DNA of 64,000 nt from Mobula hypostoma. Lineage: Eukaryota. The translations under genes were made by a program, and so were the position numbers. Positions 40,215-51,965 of this stretch are shown in pieces. The stretch lies in contig NC_086109.1 in NCBI RefSeq assembly GCF_963921235.1, positions 17,796,001-17,860,000 of the forward strand. The letters are read 5' to 3'. Position 1 is the first letter of the stretch. Each line of letters begins with the position of its first letter. Below the pieces are notes generated by a model. The model made no database searches. It saw only the letters and a list, made by a program, of their open reading frames with translations, and was not told the origin of the DNA.

Positions 40215-40525
40215 ACGCCATGGCCGTGACAGCTCACTAACACCTCTACTTCCTCAGGAGGCTAAAGAAATATTGCATGTCTCCATCAATCCTTACCAAT
40301 TTTTATTGATGCACCATAGAGAGTATCCTATTTGGATACATAATGGCTTGGTATGGCAACTGCTCTGCATTTGCCCCCAAGAAACTGCAAAGAGAATTTT
40401 AGATACAACTCAGCACAGCATGGAAACCAGCCTCCCCTCTGTGGACTCTCGCTGCCTCAATAAAGCAGACAGTATAATACCCAGATATTCTCTGCTCTCC
40501 CTCTTCTATCAGATAGAAGACACCT
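40215..40525 (+). mobile_element. Rex1/Babar-like LINE fragment
   Basis: HLYFLRRLKK, FY.CTIESILFGYIMAWYGNC motifs. Confidence 0.7.
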
Positions 40526-41033
40526 GATAGTACTCTGACCCAGTGATGTGAAGGAGCTGCAATTTGTTCTTGATGGTTTGTGTCTTGAGGGTTGGAAACA
40601 CTTGTATCTTTATTTTCTTGTTATTCCAGTCCAGATTTGTGAAGAGCACCATCAGAGAACCTTGAATGCAGTAATCATGAGCATTTATTAAAAAGGTGAT
40701 AAGTCTTACTGGGGAAGATTAGAGAATGGTGGTAATCCTTTGTACAAACTCAGTGCACTGATATGATGAAATGATCCATATGGATGGCATGCAAAACAAT
40801 GCTTTTCACTGTATCTCACCACATAAAACAATAATAATAAACCAATTTAAGTGATCATTTCTACAATTAAGCTATCCCGGTACCTCCTGCCCACATGTGG
40901 AGGAGTCTGTAGTTCCACATTCAACCCATCAACCACCTCAAAACACACAGAACTGGAGTGAAAGCAGACTTGGTCAAAACTGAAGGGGCTGCTGAAGATA
41001 ATCTTTTTGTCAGGTGCAGCTGAAGAAGCATCT

Positions 41034-41120
41034 CACATAAAAAATGCTGGTGAACGCAGCAGGCCAAGCAGCATCTATAGGAAGAGGTACTGTCGACGTT
41101 TCGGGCTGAGACCCTGCATC
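41034..41120 (-). mobile_element. Short Penelope-like pLTR insertion, hammerhead with one core substitution (CUGAUGC)
   Basis: pLTR match; flanked by direct repeat AGCATCT. Confidence 0.75.
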
Positions 41121-42607
41121 AGCATCTTGTGGCTAATGCTCACTGCAGCAACGGTATACTAATCTGGAGGTTTGAGGTGGTTGAAGGAAAGTTAAACAAG
41201 CCAACTGCTTTGTATTAAAGGTTCCAACATTGATATTTTGAATTCAGTCAAATGGAGATATTCTATTAAATTTCTGACTCTATTTTTAGCTAAGTGGGAA
41301 GGTCTGGAAAGCTGTGAGTGGAAGAATAGCAGTTTCCACCTACTCTTGAGACCATTTTGTTGTGTTGTCTATTCCATTGACTTCTGGTGTATGGCAATCC
41401 TGAGATTCTAATGGTGGAATACTTGGAGCATTGAAAGAAAATTTACTTTTTCTTTCTGGCATTTCATTAAGATAGGACCACAACCAGAAATCATACAATC
41501 TACTAAACCCTCTTATTAATTATTTTTGCCTTTCCATCAGAAATGTCTTCATTTGCTCAAGCCTTTCTTTATTTGCTCAGTTTGATCCTTGCAAATCAGC
41601 CCACCATATTGTATTTGGTAATCTCTGCAATAAGCATTGTATGAAACAAAAATCGAGGACTTTCTATATTGTTGCATTCTTACAAGCATCCAACCCAATG
41701 ACCATCAATGTTGGCAATGATTTGGTTAGGATGAAAATTTTCATTGTAATCCTCCAACAATATCATTTTAGAGTACTGTCATTGGATGAAATGACAAAAT
41801 AGTTCATATTTGGCAATTGGCCAAGTTAGGCATTTGGCACCTAGTGACATAAATATTGCAGCTGTAGACTAAATTTATTACTCTTTGCATCAAAATAAAC
41901 AACATTTAACATGTCCAGCAACATACAGTAAATTTCTGATAATCTGGTACTTCAAAGGGGCTTTGATGCCAGACTGGCAGACTCTGTAGACTGTTGGATA
42001 TTATTCCCGTTAATAGTCCAACACCACTTTTAAGATGTAACATGGTATTATAAATTTTCCAGTCATGCCAAGTTTCAAGTAACAGTACCTGATGAGCCAG
42101 ATGCCCAAATATTAAGACTTTGAAATAGTCAGATTGTGAATTATCAAAGTTTTCCTGCAGATGTATGGTTACAGTGTTGAATATTCTTTTTCCATTATCT
42201 TGATATCACACAGAGAAATGGCCTTGCTTTTCTCCTGTTACTTATATTACTCTAAAGTTATTTCACTTACTTCTTGGATTATAATATGTTTTATAAATTC
42301 TTTACTAATGGTAATAGCCTTATTCTACAGCCTTAGAATTTAACAGTATACTTACACATAACATTGCATCTCACATTGTGACTTATTTGCAAGCATGCAC
42401 ATCAGTTACTCCATCTTGTGACCTGAGCTGTATGCCTCCAGCAAACCCAATGATACGAAGAAAGATTTGTATTTCTGTGGGATCTTATGCTATGCCTAAT
42501 CCAAAATAAACTATCTTCCAACAATGTAGCAACAGACAGAAGTCTTAAAAAGAATTTGTATTTCAGTCCCTGAAGTGAGACTTAAACCCACACAATCTGA
42601 ATCAGAG

Positions 42608-42837
42608 CAACACATAACAAAATGCTGGAGAAACTCAGCAGGTCAGGGAGCATGTATGGAAAGGAATAAAGAGTCTACATTACAAGTGGAGACCCTTTAT
42701 CAGAGCTCCTGCTGAGGTCTTGGCCTGAAACATCGAATCTTTATTCCTTTCCATAGATGCTGCCTGACCTGCTGAGTTCCTCCAGCGTTCTGTGTGTGTT
42801 GCTCTGGATTTGCAGCATCTGCAGCATCTCTTCTGTC
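42608..42837. mobile_element. Fold-back Penelope-like insertion (degenerate hammerheads)
   Basis: Inverted arms; 12-bp TSD TCTGAATCAGAG at 42596-42607 and 42838-42849. Confidence 0.85.
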
Positions 42838-43777
42838 TCTGAATCAGAGACAAGGGGGCTACATGCAGAGTGACAGCTGATCCTTGCAACATTATTAAGA
42901 TTTTATTTTATTCATGTTTTTGTTTTGCAGATCTTAATCCTGCTCCGTTCCATAAATGTCTTCTATGTAACGAGTGAGCACCTTCTGCCATCAATCACTA
43001 ATTGCAGCTATTGCTTAAGTCTGCAATTGAACAGGGTCTGCAGCAGCAGGCACTGAACAGCAGATCAGAGAAAGTAGCAGTAAATTCTGTTCCTGCTCTG
43101 ACCGTAATTAGAAGCCATATGGCATCATTAAAATCCAGACTATTCCCTTCACAGTTGTACACATTCACATTCTGAGTTTCTTGTTTGAGAAGAACCATTT
43201 GTCCCACATTAAGCGCTATGCTTTGCAAGTTGAAACAAAAATGCCTTCAACTTAAAGAAAATATCCACTTTGCATTTCCAGGCATCCTCTGTACACAGTA
43301 ATATTTTGGCTGTCTTGAGAAGAGGCAGAGGCTGACGTCCAAGGTTTTTTTTGTGTGATTGGAAGCTTGTGATCTGTGGTGTACCATGGGGATCTGGCTA
43401 AGACTCTTGCTGTTTGTTTCAAGCAGTAACAATCTGGCTGTGAATATAGGAGGTACAATTATTAAGTTTACATATAATATGGAAGTTGGTGGTGTTAATA
43501 TAGAGGAGGGTAGTTTTCAGCTACGTAATATAATTGAGTTGGTAACAACAGAGAAATGCATGAAAAATGTGAAGTTATTAATTTTCCTGGACGAAAAGGT
43601 AGGATATACATGATGAAGGATATACTGTGGAACAGAGCAGCACTGATATACTGTACAACATTGTTGTGAAGGCATACAGTATATTTGCCTCTATTTTGGG
43701 AGGGAGAGTGAGGGGGTGGGATGTACGTGGAATACAAGAGCAAGGAGGCTATGGTATAGGGGGTTATGGTAGTATAG

Positions 43778-44088
43778 CGGGGGCAGTACGGTAGCGTAAC
43801 CATTAGCGTAACAGCATCAGGTGTAAGATCGAGGTTCAGTTCCTGCTGCTGTGTGTGAGGAGTTTGTACATTCTCTCTGTGACTGCATGGGTTTCCTCCA
43901 GGTGCTCTGGTTTCCTCTCATATTCCAAGGATGTACAGCTAGGGTTAGCTATGTTGGTGCTGGAAGTATGGCGACACATGTGGGCTGCCTAGCACAATCC
44001 TCACTGATTTGATTTGACACAAACGACACATTCATCTGTACGTTCGATGTCCATGTGATAAATAAATTTAATCTTGATCTTAATCTAA
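43778..44088 (+). mobile_element. tRNA-derived V-SINE-like element with Rex1/L2-type tail
   Basis: GGTAGCGTAACCATTAGC A-box, GAGGTTCAGT B-box, GGAGTTTGTACATTCTC..GGGTTTCCTCCAGGTGCTCTGGTTTCCTC V-domain, (ATCTT)n-like tail. Confidence 0.8.
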
Positions 44089-45237
44089 ATGGTGCAATTA
44101 ACAGAAAGCATTAGTGTGCAACGATAACTCCACAGCCTACTCCATCTATGGTGTAACCATAGGAAGGATGTGATTGTACTGGAGAGGGTGCAGTGTAGAT
44201 TCACCAGAATATTACCTGGGATGGAGTGTTTCAGCTACAGGGAAAAATGGGTAGGATGAGGGAGAATCATGATTGTGTATATAAAACTGAGTGGCATAGA
44301 TAGAGTAGATGGTGAGAAACATTCCCCTTTAGCAATAATAAGAGATTTCACTGGAAAGTAAAAAGCAATAGAACACTTTGGATATTTTTTCCCACCAGCT
44401 TTCTCCCCCTCCTGTTCTTCAGAGTACTGTGGATTCCTACAAAAATGCCTGATAGAGTTTATAGCTCGAGGTGTTTGACACTATCTGCAACACAGGAGAG
44501 GGTGGTTTGGGAGAGGTTGAGCAGTTAAGTTTCTCTGTGTCATTCGTCTGCCTAAGGCTGCCAGCGTCTGAGTCATCAGATCCAACTGAATTATTTTCCA
44601 GGATCTCCGAGAGGAACCAGGCATTCAACTTCCTACCAAGCCTTCTCTGCACAGCTGTCAGTCAGAAGAAGGGTCTATAAAGCTGAGTTTGAAATGTGTT
44701 CTCATGAGTCAGCGGGATCCCCATTTAGCCACAAAATTTATGAAAAAAATGATTAGCAAGTAAATTAGAATGATAAATGACTTATGGAGGACTAACAGCC
44801 CCAACAACAGCAACAATTTGTACTTGTATTTGGACAGCCTTTAAATGTAGGATAATATTCCATGACATTACATAAGCACATGGTCACCAAAAAATGTGCA
44901 TTAAGCTGTGTCAGTTGGCCAAAAAGAGTACCTTTGAGAAGGAGAGGGAAATTGAAAGGATGAGTGAGGTATTTCAGGAGCTTGGCGCTCCGCTAATAAT
45001 GGAATGATTAAAAATTGATGACCTGGGCTAATTTGCAGGGACACAATGATTCTCACCCTGCAAAAGGAGAGGCTGGGAAAATAGGAGATTTCAGAGGGAT
45101 AACTTTAGTCAGGGAGGGAATGAGATTGCTAAAGAATGTAAACAACAGGAATTCTGCAGATGCTGGAAATTCAAGCAACACACATCAAAGTTGCTGGTGA
45201 ACGCAGCAGGCCAGGCAGCATCTGTAGGAAGAGGTGC

Positions 45238-45273
45238 AGTCGACGTTTCAGGCCGAGACCCTTCGTCAGGACT
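45238..45273 (-). ncRNA. Minimal type I hammerhead ribozyme, intact core
   Basis: Identical to 2900-2935. Confidence 0.85.
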
Positions 45274-45538
45274 AAAGGAAGAGTGAGTAATCACACATTC
45301 TTTCTCTCACTCTCCTTTTTCTCCCTCTGTCCCTCTGAATATACCCCTTGCCCATCCTCTGGGTCCCCCCCCTTGTCTTTCTTCCTGGACCTCCTGTCCC
45401 ATGATCCTCTCGTATCCCTTTTGCCCATCACCTGTCCAGCTCTTGGCTCTATCCCTCCCCCTCCTGTCTTCTCCTATCATTTTGGATCTCCCCCTCCCCC
45501 TCCAACTTTCAAATCCCTTACTCACTCTTCCTTCAGTT

Positions 45539-45574
45539 AGTCCTGACGAAGGGTCTCGGCCTGAAACGTCGACT
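45539..45574 (+). ncRNA. Minimal type I hammerhead ribozyme, intact core (predicted cut after 45570)
   Basis: AGUC CUGACGA A GGGU-CUCG-GCCU GAAA CGUC GACU. Confidence 0.85.
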
Positions 45575-47231
45575 GCACCTCTTCCTACAGATGCTGCCTG
45601 GCCTGCTGCATTCACCAGCAACTTTGATGTGTGTTGCTAAAGAATGTGGAGTGTTTGATCTAAGAATAAGTCCTTCAGTAGTTTATCCGATTGTAGCTCC
45701 ATGGAAGCTTGTATGGCCTGACATAGACTGGCATTTATTAGAGGTAAAAAGGACAGGAAAATATAAAACTGATTTGGTAAGTGTATTTAACTGTCATGTG
45801 ATGGAAAAATATAGTGATTATACTCAGATTTATACGGATGGTGCTAAGGAACCTGAAACAGGAGTGACAGGGTTTGGAGTGGCTATACCAGCAAAAGAAA
45901 TTGGAATCAGCAGAAGAACATCTAATAAATTAGGGGTGTATACAGTGGAGATGCTGGCAGCGTTGGTTGCAGTTGCGATGGGTGGAGAAAGCTAGACAAG
46001 TCAAAGTGTTGGTATGCTCAGATTCATCCTCAGTTCTAGCAAGTTTAAGGTCTTTTCACTCAAACAGTAGGCAAGATCTACTTTATGATGTCCTTCAATC
46101 AGTCACAAGAATTGCAAATCGGGGATGTCGGGTAAAATTTTTATGGGTTCCAGCACATGTAGGGATGCAGGGGAATGAGAGGGTGGATGAGTTGGCAAAG
46201 AGGGTGTTAAAGAAAGAAAATATAGAAATGCATATTAGTATCAGTAAAGCAGAGGTTAAGTGTGTAATCTGGGAAAAAAATCAACCAAATGTGGCAAAAA
46301 AGATGGGACAGGGAAGGGAAAGGGAGGCGTTTATATCAAATACAGAAGAGTGTTGCAGGTACTAGGGTAGGTAGTGGATACAGAAGAGAGGAAACAGTGT
46401 GGACTAGGTTAAGGCTGAGGCACTGTGCATTAAACAAAACATTGAAAATGATAGGGAAACACCAGACAGGATTGTGTGAGGAATGTTAGGAAGAGGAGTC
46501 AGTAGAACATGTAGTTCTGAGTTGCAGGAAGTATGGGATACAGAGAGAGTTGATGAGAATTAATCTGAGGAAATTGGGGGTGCAGGAATTCACATTAAAA
46601 GGGTTGCTGGGCATGGGCGCGAGGGCAGAAGTCAAGGTATTTTTAGCTTTCTTAAGGGGTACAGGGTTTTTTTTATAGGATATGATGTATAAGCAGGAAT
46701 AGGGTACTAGGATGGCCAAAGATGGGAGGATAAAATGTAGGTTAGGGTATGTGTGTGTGTATGATTGGGTGAAGAAATTTGGAATGTAAGTCTATTGCAC
46801 ACTCCAGAGCAGAAGGTGGTGGTAATGCACCATTAAACTGGGTGCCAACCGCCATAAAACAAGAAGACGAAAAATTGCTGACATGTAAGAAACCAGAATT
46901 GGAACAGGTTTCAAAGATAAGTGAAGCTCTAGAGTGATTTCACACTGAAAGACTAACCGGCTCAGGTTTGAACCTTTCCTTTGCTAGTTCCAACTGATCA
47001 GCATCGACCATCCAATGCTGGGATGAGGGACTGATAATTTCCACAATGAGGCATTTTACCATTAGTGATACATTGAGTCATCCAATTCAAAGGAAACATT
47101 TCTTTGGTATAAGAGGAGATATATTTATATTGTTTGCTGTGTGACGTGAATTGTTTCAAAAAAATGTAAGAAATTTGGGTGAAGGAGCAGTGTCTAAAAT
47201 GTAGGAGAGATGATGTGGGACAAAGCACACT

Positions 47232-47788
47232 GGGGTGGCATGGTAGCATAGTGGTTAGTGTTAACTATTACCAGGCGGCAACCCAGGCCGTAAGGAATTT
47301 CTACACTCTCCCCGTGTCTTCATAGGTTTTCTCCAAGTGTTCTAGTTGCCTCTCCTATTCCAAAGACATACACATTAGTAGATTAATTGGTCATTGGGTG
47401 TAATTGGGTGGCGCAGGCTTGTTTGGTTGGAAAGGCCTGTGCTGTGTATCTCTAAATCCCTTTTGTTTTGGTGTGTGCATGCGTGCCTGTGCATCTGCGT
47501 GCATGCGTATGTGCGTGTACAATGTTGGCGGGATGATGTCTTCTTTCAAGCCTTTACAAGGCGCGGAGCGAGAGAGAGAGAGAGACCGTGTGGCACGCCA
47601 CTCCTCACACAGACACTTTGCAGCATTTTTCCCTTCATTTTACGAGGTCGACTTGCGATGGAAACTGTACTCGGGAGCGGACCCGACTGGGTTCGAACAC
47701 GGGAACCTCCATTCCAGAGTCCAGTGCTGATGCCATTGCGCCACCAGCCAGCCCGTGTATCTCTAAATCTAAAACTAAAACTAAAAAC
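47232..47788 (+). mobile_element. HE1/V-SINE-like element interrupted near its tail by a second SINE
   Basis: GGTAGCATAGTGGTTAG A-box, V-domain remnant, GGAAAGGCCTGTGCTGTGTATCTCTAAA and (CTAAAA)n tail. Confidence 0.75.
47459..47754 (-). mobile_element. Young tRNA-derived SINE of a distinct family
   Basis: Minus strand A-box TGGCGCAATGG, B-box GTTCGAACCC; perfect 15-bp TSD GTGTATCTCTAAATC at 47444-47458 and 47755-47769; CpGs retained. Confidence 0.85.
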
Positions 47789-49126
47789 AGGCCATGGCTT
47801 CAATGAAAAGAAAAGCAAATAAAGTCGCATAGAACCATCTATTTCAGGAAATAATGATGGAAGGGTTTCACTATCATGGGAGGTTGAAGGGATAGGCAAA
47901 TTCAGGAGGTACCTATTGATTGAGGAATACAAAGAAAGCCGAGGAAAGTAGCATTCTTTGGTTACAATGTCTTAAAAATTAATATCTGAAAGCAAAAGTG
48001 CCATTGATGGGTGTTCATCTCAAAATAGTAAGGAAATGGAAATAATTTCCTTTTTTTTCAGTATGTAGGTGTCACAATACAACAGTAAAAGAGCATGGCT
48101 TGTATAAAAATTAGGAAGCTCTATCTGTAATCAGTTTGTTACAATGAAGACTGAGTATTCATGGAAGTTGTAATATTGAAAGTTAATAGACAATCTGAAA
48201 TTTATAGTTCTCCTGTGCCTCAGTGCAAGGTTTTTGAATAGTAATCACAGACACTTTATTGATTTGCACCAACAGAAAAGAATCTGTGGCTCTTCCTCAT
48301 CAGTGTCAGTCATGATGGATAAATTGCCTGATGATACCATCATGCCTGTTTTCGAAATATTCTCTCGATACGTTATCCTCTAATGCCTGTTATCCTGAAG
48401 GAGTGGTGAAATCTGTATTACTGGGAACTGCATAAAGCAGATCGAAACCAGAAAATCAATTCCATTGGGCCTGTTGCATATCAATTTGTAAAGTTCGATC
48501 TGCAAAGCCTTAAAGAAGAATGAACTCCTTTTTAAAAAATCCCAGTAATTATACAGTAAATTAATGATCCCCAGTTACAAATAATGATGTATGGAATTCT
48601 CTTTTCTGCCCACCCTCCCATGCATTGGCTAGCATTTCCCCCTCATTCGTGGCATCATTAATATCAATTCTTCCAAATGCAGAGGAAGACTGAATGTTTC
48701 TTGGTCACAGAGCTAAAACAGCTGAAGGGTTTGACACCATAGACTGAACTGAATTGTTCCACTAATTTTAGTGGTTGGTGGCACAGATTCACAATTGAAG
48801 CTTTTAATATTTCAGTGATATTCCGGTAAATTTCATACAGAATCCAGAATACAGAAAATGAGTCATTTGATACAAATGTTGTCACTGTTTAACTATATCC
48901 ACTATACTCTTTCTGCTCATCTTCCTAATCATTTATTTCAGATATTTTTCTAGCTTTTAAATGTTTCTAAGTTACTCACCTTGCCAAGTCCCATCCTCTA
49001 ATCACTATTCAGATAAAGAATTATTTTGTTCAATAATTTTGTTTAAATGAAAAGTTTGTGAACATCTTGTGGAATTGGCTGGGAATAATTCTGAAATTTG
49101 ATTTAATGAGACAACTGGATTAATAT

Positions 49127-49191
49127 GACTGTACCTCTTCCTAGAGATGCTACCTGGCCTGCTGCTTTCACCAGCAACTTTGATGTGTGTT
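49127..49191 (+). mobile_element. 65-bp Penelope-like insertion starting at the hammerhead cleavage site
   Basis: Matches 3675-3738; perfect 14-bp TSD AACTGGATTAATAT at 49113-49126 and 49192-49205. Confidence 0.9.
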
Positions 49192-50664
49192 AACTGGATT
49201 AATATTCTTGTGTTCAGTAATATGAGATGTTAACTGGGGATGAAATATAAAACTGATAGAATAAGGGGTATATGACCATAGTAACTTGCATTTAAATAAC
49301 ATCTAAATGTAACATAATAAGGTACTAAACAGGACAAGAATTGGGGAGAAAAATTGACTGTAAACCAAATGTTGGAATTATTCAGGCAAATGGACAGAAG
49401 GAGGAACGGTTTAAGTTATAGAATAGAGTAATTTATGAAATAAGGTCAGGATCTAGAGGTTAAGGATGACAATATGACTGCCAAATGTTGGCTGATGAAA
49501 TTACTATGAGTAATTAGTTAGAATTGGATGGATGTAGAATTCTCTGAAGATTGTAGGGCAAACTGTGATCTAATTAAGTGATCAAAAAAGCAATGAGAGA
49601 AAACCAGTAACTGAAAATAATTTCTTCTAATAAGTTTTCTTTAGTTTTTTTTTACCTTCATTGCTCCAGTTTCCACAGAGCATACAGTATATGATATCAG
49701 AAGAGACCTGTCTTTTCCATAAGGTGGAAATGGTTGCTCTCAAGCATCTGGCAACACTACTGTGAACCTAATCACTGGAGATATGTAGGAGAAAGAAAAA
49801 AAATCGAAGCGGCAGAGCTGTGGTTCCTAAAAGCCCTGCAGAAAAAAACATGGGAAGTTTTCATTGCAGTGGACTTACTGAAGTTCAGCAGAAACTATTT
49901 ATTATGCATTACAAGTGATTCAGTTCTTGGTACTCTGTTCAGTGAGACTGAATGAAAACCAGATTTACCTTATTGCTGGTGGGTCCTTGGAAAAGAAATT
50001 CCACATAAAGTGAGAGTAAATGGCAAATAGTTTTGCCAGATGGAATTCTCTCTTAATGATTTACAAGTCATTTGCCTCAGTGGAGTTAAAGCGTGAATAA
50101 AAAAAGAGCAACAGAAGTAGTCCAATTGTCACCTCATGGCCAAATTAATGAGAATGGATCAAAGGATCTGAGTAAGGAATTGATCTATTGGATTTCTCTA
50201 AATAAAATTGCTAAATGTGCCTTTAATTCCACCACCTTTCTATAAATAGGGGAGAAAATAAACTGAAAACAAGCCAGCTTGATTGATGTAAAATGGTGGT
50301 TCCTCATTAGAACACTTTTGCTAGTTAAAACGTTATTTAATCTAAAGGATGAGCGAGTCTGGCTGGTTCTACCCATTTATGGTTCTGAGACGTTACACCT
50401 GAAGGATGCATGGGCAGCTACACACTATTATCCAGACATAATGGCAAGATTTTTCTTCTAATATTTCCTTCCAACAACAGAAAAAACCTGAAAGCTTCAA
50501 ACACTGATCTAGAGATTAAAAAATAACAAGGAGCTCAATGGATATGATACTTCCATTGTTTTCTCGCATCTGTTTCTGCAAGTTAAAGCAATTACAGTTG
50601 GCTATCCATGAATGCATTAAATCCAACATAAAGTTAGGTAAAGAAGCACGCAGTCTTATGTTGG

Positions 50665-50990
50665 CTTCATATGTGTTGTGAAATTTGTTGTTTTGCAGCA
50701 GCAATACAGTGCAATACATGAAAAAACTATAAACTACAATAATAAAAATATACAAAATATTAAATTAAGTAAGTAGTACAAAAAGAGAACAAAAATAGTG
50801 AGGTAATGTTCATGGGATTGTCCATTCAGAAATCTGATAGCGGAGGGGAAGCTGTTCCTAAAACATTAAGTTTGTGTCTTCAGGATCCTGTACTTTCTCT
50901 GTGATGGTAGTAATAAGAAGAGAGCATTTCCTTGGTGATGGAGCTTCTTGATGGATGCTGCCTTTTTGCCTTTTGAAGATGTCTCCGGTG
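50665..50990 (-). mobile_element. Rex1/Babar-like 3' fragment
   Basis: Reverse-strand similarity to 29530-29640/30580-30740 and characteristic GCTGCTGCAAAACAACAAATTTCAC tail. Confidence 0.65.
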
Positions 50991-51189
50991 CTGGGGTGCT
51001 GGGGTCTGAACAACATTAGAGAGCCAAGGCGTATTAGCCTTGTTTTTAACAAGAGGATGGCTAGTGAAATCAGGGAAATACTGTACTCATTTGCAACATG
51101 GTGACACCAAATAATTGATCCATTATCTTGTTGCCATTGTTACAAGTAGGCTGCCCTCTCTAATATTTTGGATAGTAGCTGCTGCTGGG

Positions 51190-51560
51190 AACTTCTTTGC
51201 TGGATGAGAAGGTCATGGATTCAAATCTTACCCCAAAGACCTGAACACAAAGTTTTTGCTGATTCTTTAGTAAAGTACAGATGTGCTGTATGGTTGACAG
51301 TCCTGTCTCTGAGGTAAGACAATCAAAAACTCAACTGCCAGTGCAGCTGATGTAAAGGGTTTCATGGCTCACTCAAAGAACAATGAAGTGCACTTGGTAT
51401 TCTAGCTAATATTTATCTTTTTATCAATGTCACTAAACTAACTTTCAGGATAATATATTGCTGTTTGTGATATTGCATGTTGCAGCAGTAACTACACAAT
51501 AAAAATGAGGATAGTTACTGTTAAATGTTCTGTGATATTCTGATGTTGGGAAAGAAGTAA
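51190..51560 (+). mobile_element. Ancient Deu-domain SINE (SacSINE1/AmnSINE-like), degenerate
   Basis: GGATTCAAATC B-box remnant, GATGTAAAGGGTTTCATGGC, GCTAATATTTATC..ATCAATGTCACTAAA, ATTGCTGTTTGTG colinear with the Deu-domain consensus as I recall it. Confidence 0.6.
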
Positions 51561-51567
51561 ATGTTTT

Positions 51568-51965
51568 CAAGTTCAAGTCCAAGTTTATTGTCATCTGACT
51601 GTACATATATTCAACTAAACGAAACAATGTTCCTCTGGACCATGGGTGCACCCATAATACATAGATCACACATAGCCCATAAAATAAAATTGTACCACAA
51701 ATAAGTTAGTAAAATGTAATTCCAAATGCATGTGAAGTGCAATGTACAGGTAAACAGTTAATAGTACAGCAAACAGTAAGGAGCTCGCTCTTCTGGAGAC
51801 TAGACCTCGGCGGTGGCAGGGTATTCATTAGTCTCACAGCCTGAGGGAAGAAGTTGTTACCCAGTCTGGCAGTCCTAGTCCTGATGCTCCTGTACCTCAT
51901 TCCCGACCGTAGTGGATCAAAGAGATTGTGGAATGAGTGGTAGGGATTCTCAACAAAGCTTTGGG
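51568..51965 (-). mobile_element. Rex1/Babar-like 3' fragment
   Basis: RYRSIRTRTARLGNNFFPQAVRLMN; AATAAA(CTTGRA)n tail; same tail family as 620-805. Confidence 0.8.

Larger units (their letters stand above)
45140..45633. mobile_element. Young fold-back Penelope-like insertion nested in the Nimb-like element
   Basis: Minus arm 45140-45290, plus arm 45293-45633; 14-bp TSD TTGCTAAAGAATGT at 45126-45139 and 45634-45647. Confidence 0.92.
45023..46869 (+). mobile_element. 5'-truncated I-group (Nimb-like) non-LTR retrotransposon with RNase H and CCHC zinc knuckle, disrupted
   Basis: IYTDGAK, VYTVEMLA, VCSDSSS, FLWVPAHVGMQGNERVDELAK (RNase H), CEEC*EEESVEHVVLSC; GGTGGTAATGCACC..GCCAACCGCC 3' end with AAG repeats; TSD AAAAATTG(A/C)TGAC at 45010-45022 and 46870-46882. 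Confidence 0.9.

Noticed and set aside
2792..45640. Recurrent peptide 'SPDEGSRPETSTAPLPTDAAWPAAFTSNFDVC' suggesting a multigene family
   Set aside because: It is a chance translation of the hammerhead-containing pLTR; frames, starts and stops differ among copies
47670..47754. tRNA gene
   Set aside because: A/B boxes are present but I could not fold a cloverleaf; it is the head of a TSD-flanked SINE (likewise 57345-57420)
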